This document shows, piece by piece, positions 63,218 through 64,000 of a stretch of 64,000 nt of DNA. Both the position numbers and the translations under genes were made by a program. Positions within the stretch are counted from its first letter, which is position 1; each line of letters opens with the position of its first letter. A model generated the notes under the pieces. That model was not told the origin of the DNA. It did no database searches and saw only the letters and a program-made list of their open reading frames with translations. This DNA is from Paragordius varius (lineage: Eukaryota; Animalia; Nematomorpha). The DNA lies in assembly GCA_964247055.1 (NCBI GenBank), contig OZ176055.1, positions 6,696,001-6,760,000 of the forward strand, in the 5' to 3' direction.

Positions 63218-64000
63218 GTAACTTTTTAGTGAAAATATATTAACTTAAATCAACTTATGTACTTTTTTAGAATCTAAAAAATGAAATAATATTGCAGTGA
63301 AGTCGACTTATAGTCTAAATTATTATATCATTATGATAAGTAATCCCATATTAAATCAGTATTAAATATTAGCTGAATCATAGTTAAATTCAGTGAGTAA
63401 TCTTAAAATCCAAAAAAGAAAACATAGAAAACACTAAATGCGATTTTAAAAGTTTGGTTTTGTCACAATTTTTTTCATCATTTTATTTTGTGTAAATGAC
63501 GATATAATAATGCTTTTTCATTTGGTATCCTGCCAGCCTTTTTTAGTCAGTTAATTTTTTGTATTCATTGACACATTATTTTGTGTTGAAGGTTTTCTTT
63601 GCGTTTTGGAATTAGTACAAGATGAAAAGATAAATTTCCTTTGACATCAAAAGCAGTATATTTTATCTATCTATCTATCTATCCTAAGTTTTTATCCTGA
63701 AAACATAAAAAAAATTGATTAGTTTTTTTACTGCTTTTTAGAATTAGCTAAAAAAGTGAAAAATTAGTTTTGGTAAAACCGTTTTTTTTTCAACGTGAAA
63801 AATCATCCTAAAGTCATATTATTGACATTTTATATTTATCCATAAAAACCAATATTTTTTGAACTCTATAATTTCAACGGAATTGTATTTGACTTGTCTT
63901 ATAAATTAATAAAAAAATATCTTGGTTATACTTGTCAATTAAATTTGCGGTATAATTCAAATTGACTGTGGTCAATTCAGATAAATATTAAACATTTTTA

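Overview
This is an AT-rich eukaryotic, almost certainly metazoan, genomic window; it contains ECSIT, an animal-type TAF6, MIC26/27 and ABHD17, and it reads in the standard genetic code. Its architecture is bimodal. Gene islands have ultra-short GT-AG introns (21-28 nt) and head-to-head gene pairs whose start codons are only 42-47 bp apart. These sit beside kilobase introns and a ~24 kb transposon-rich block (about 29.5-53 kb). Genes I can reconstruct: ACSS3-like acyl-CoA synthetase (partial), ECSIT, TAF6, MIC26/27 (APOO-like), SF3B5, an intronless divergent ADF/cofilin, an orphan Gly/Trp/Arg + Gly/Tyr-rich protein, MOCS3/UBA4, SRPRB, ABHD17 (partial), and tRNAs Ala(AGC, partial), His(GTG) and Phe(GAA). 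Mobile DNA: a decayed hAT (Charlie/Buster-like) element with a perfect 8-bp TSD, hAT, Tc1-like and piggyBac-like MITEs, three non-autonomous Helitrons, a mariner relic, RTE-like LINE fragments and a Chapaev3-like transposon, several of them nested. The most striking observation is that the Chapaev3-like transposase gene carries five host-sized micro-introns (21-24 nt). Other leads are a partial Penelope-type hammerhead motif inside a perfect 48-bp inverted repeat, and a prohormone-like dibasic/amidation pattern in the orphan Gly-rich protein. The organism cannot be named from the sequence. Such short introns in an animal point to a reduced lineage such as dicyemids, orthonectids or myxozoans (inference only). 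Gene models were assembled by eye; exon boundaries marked ~ are approximate.
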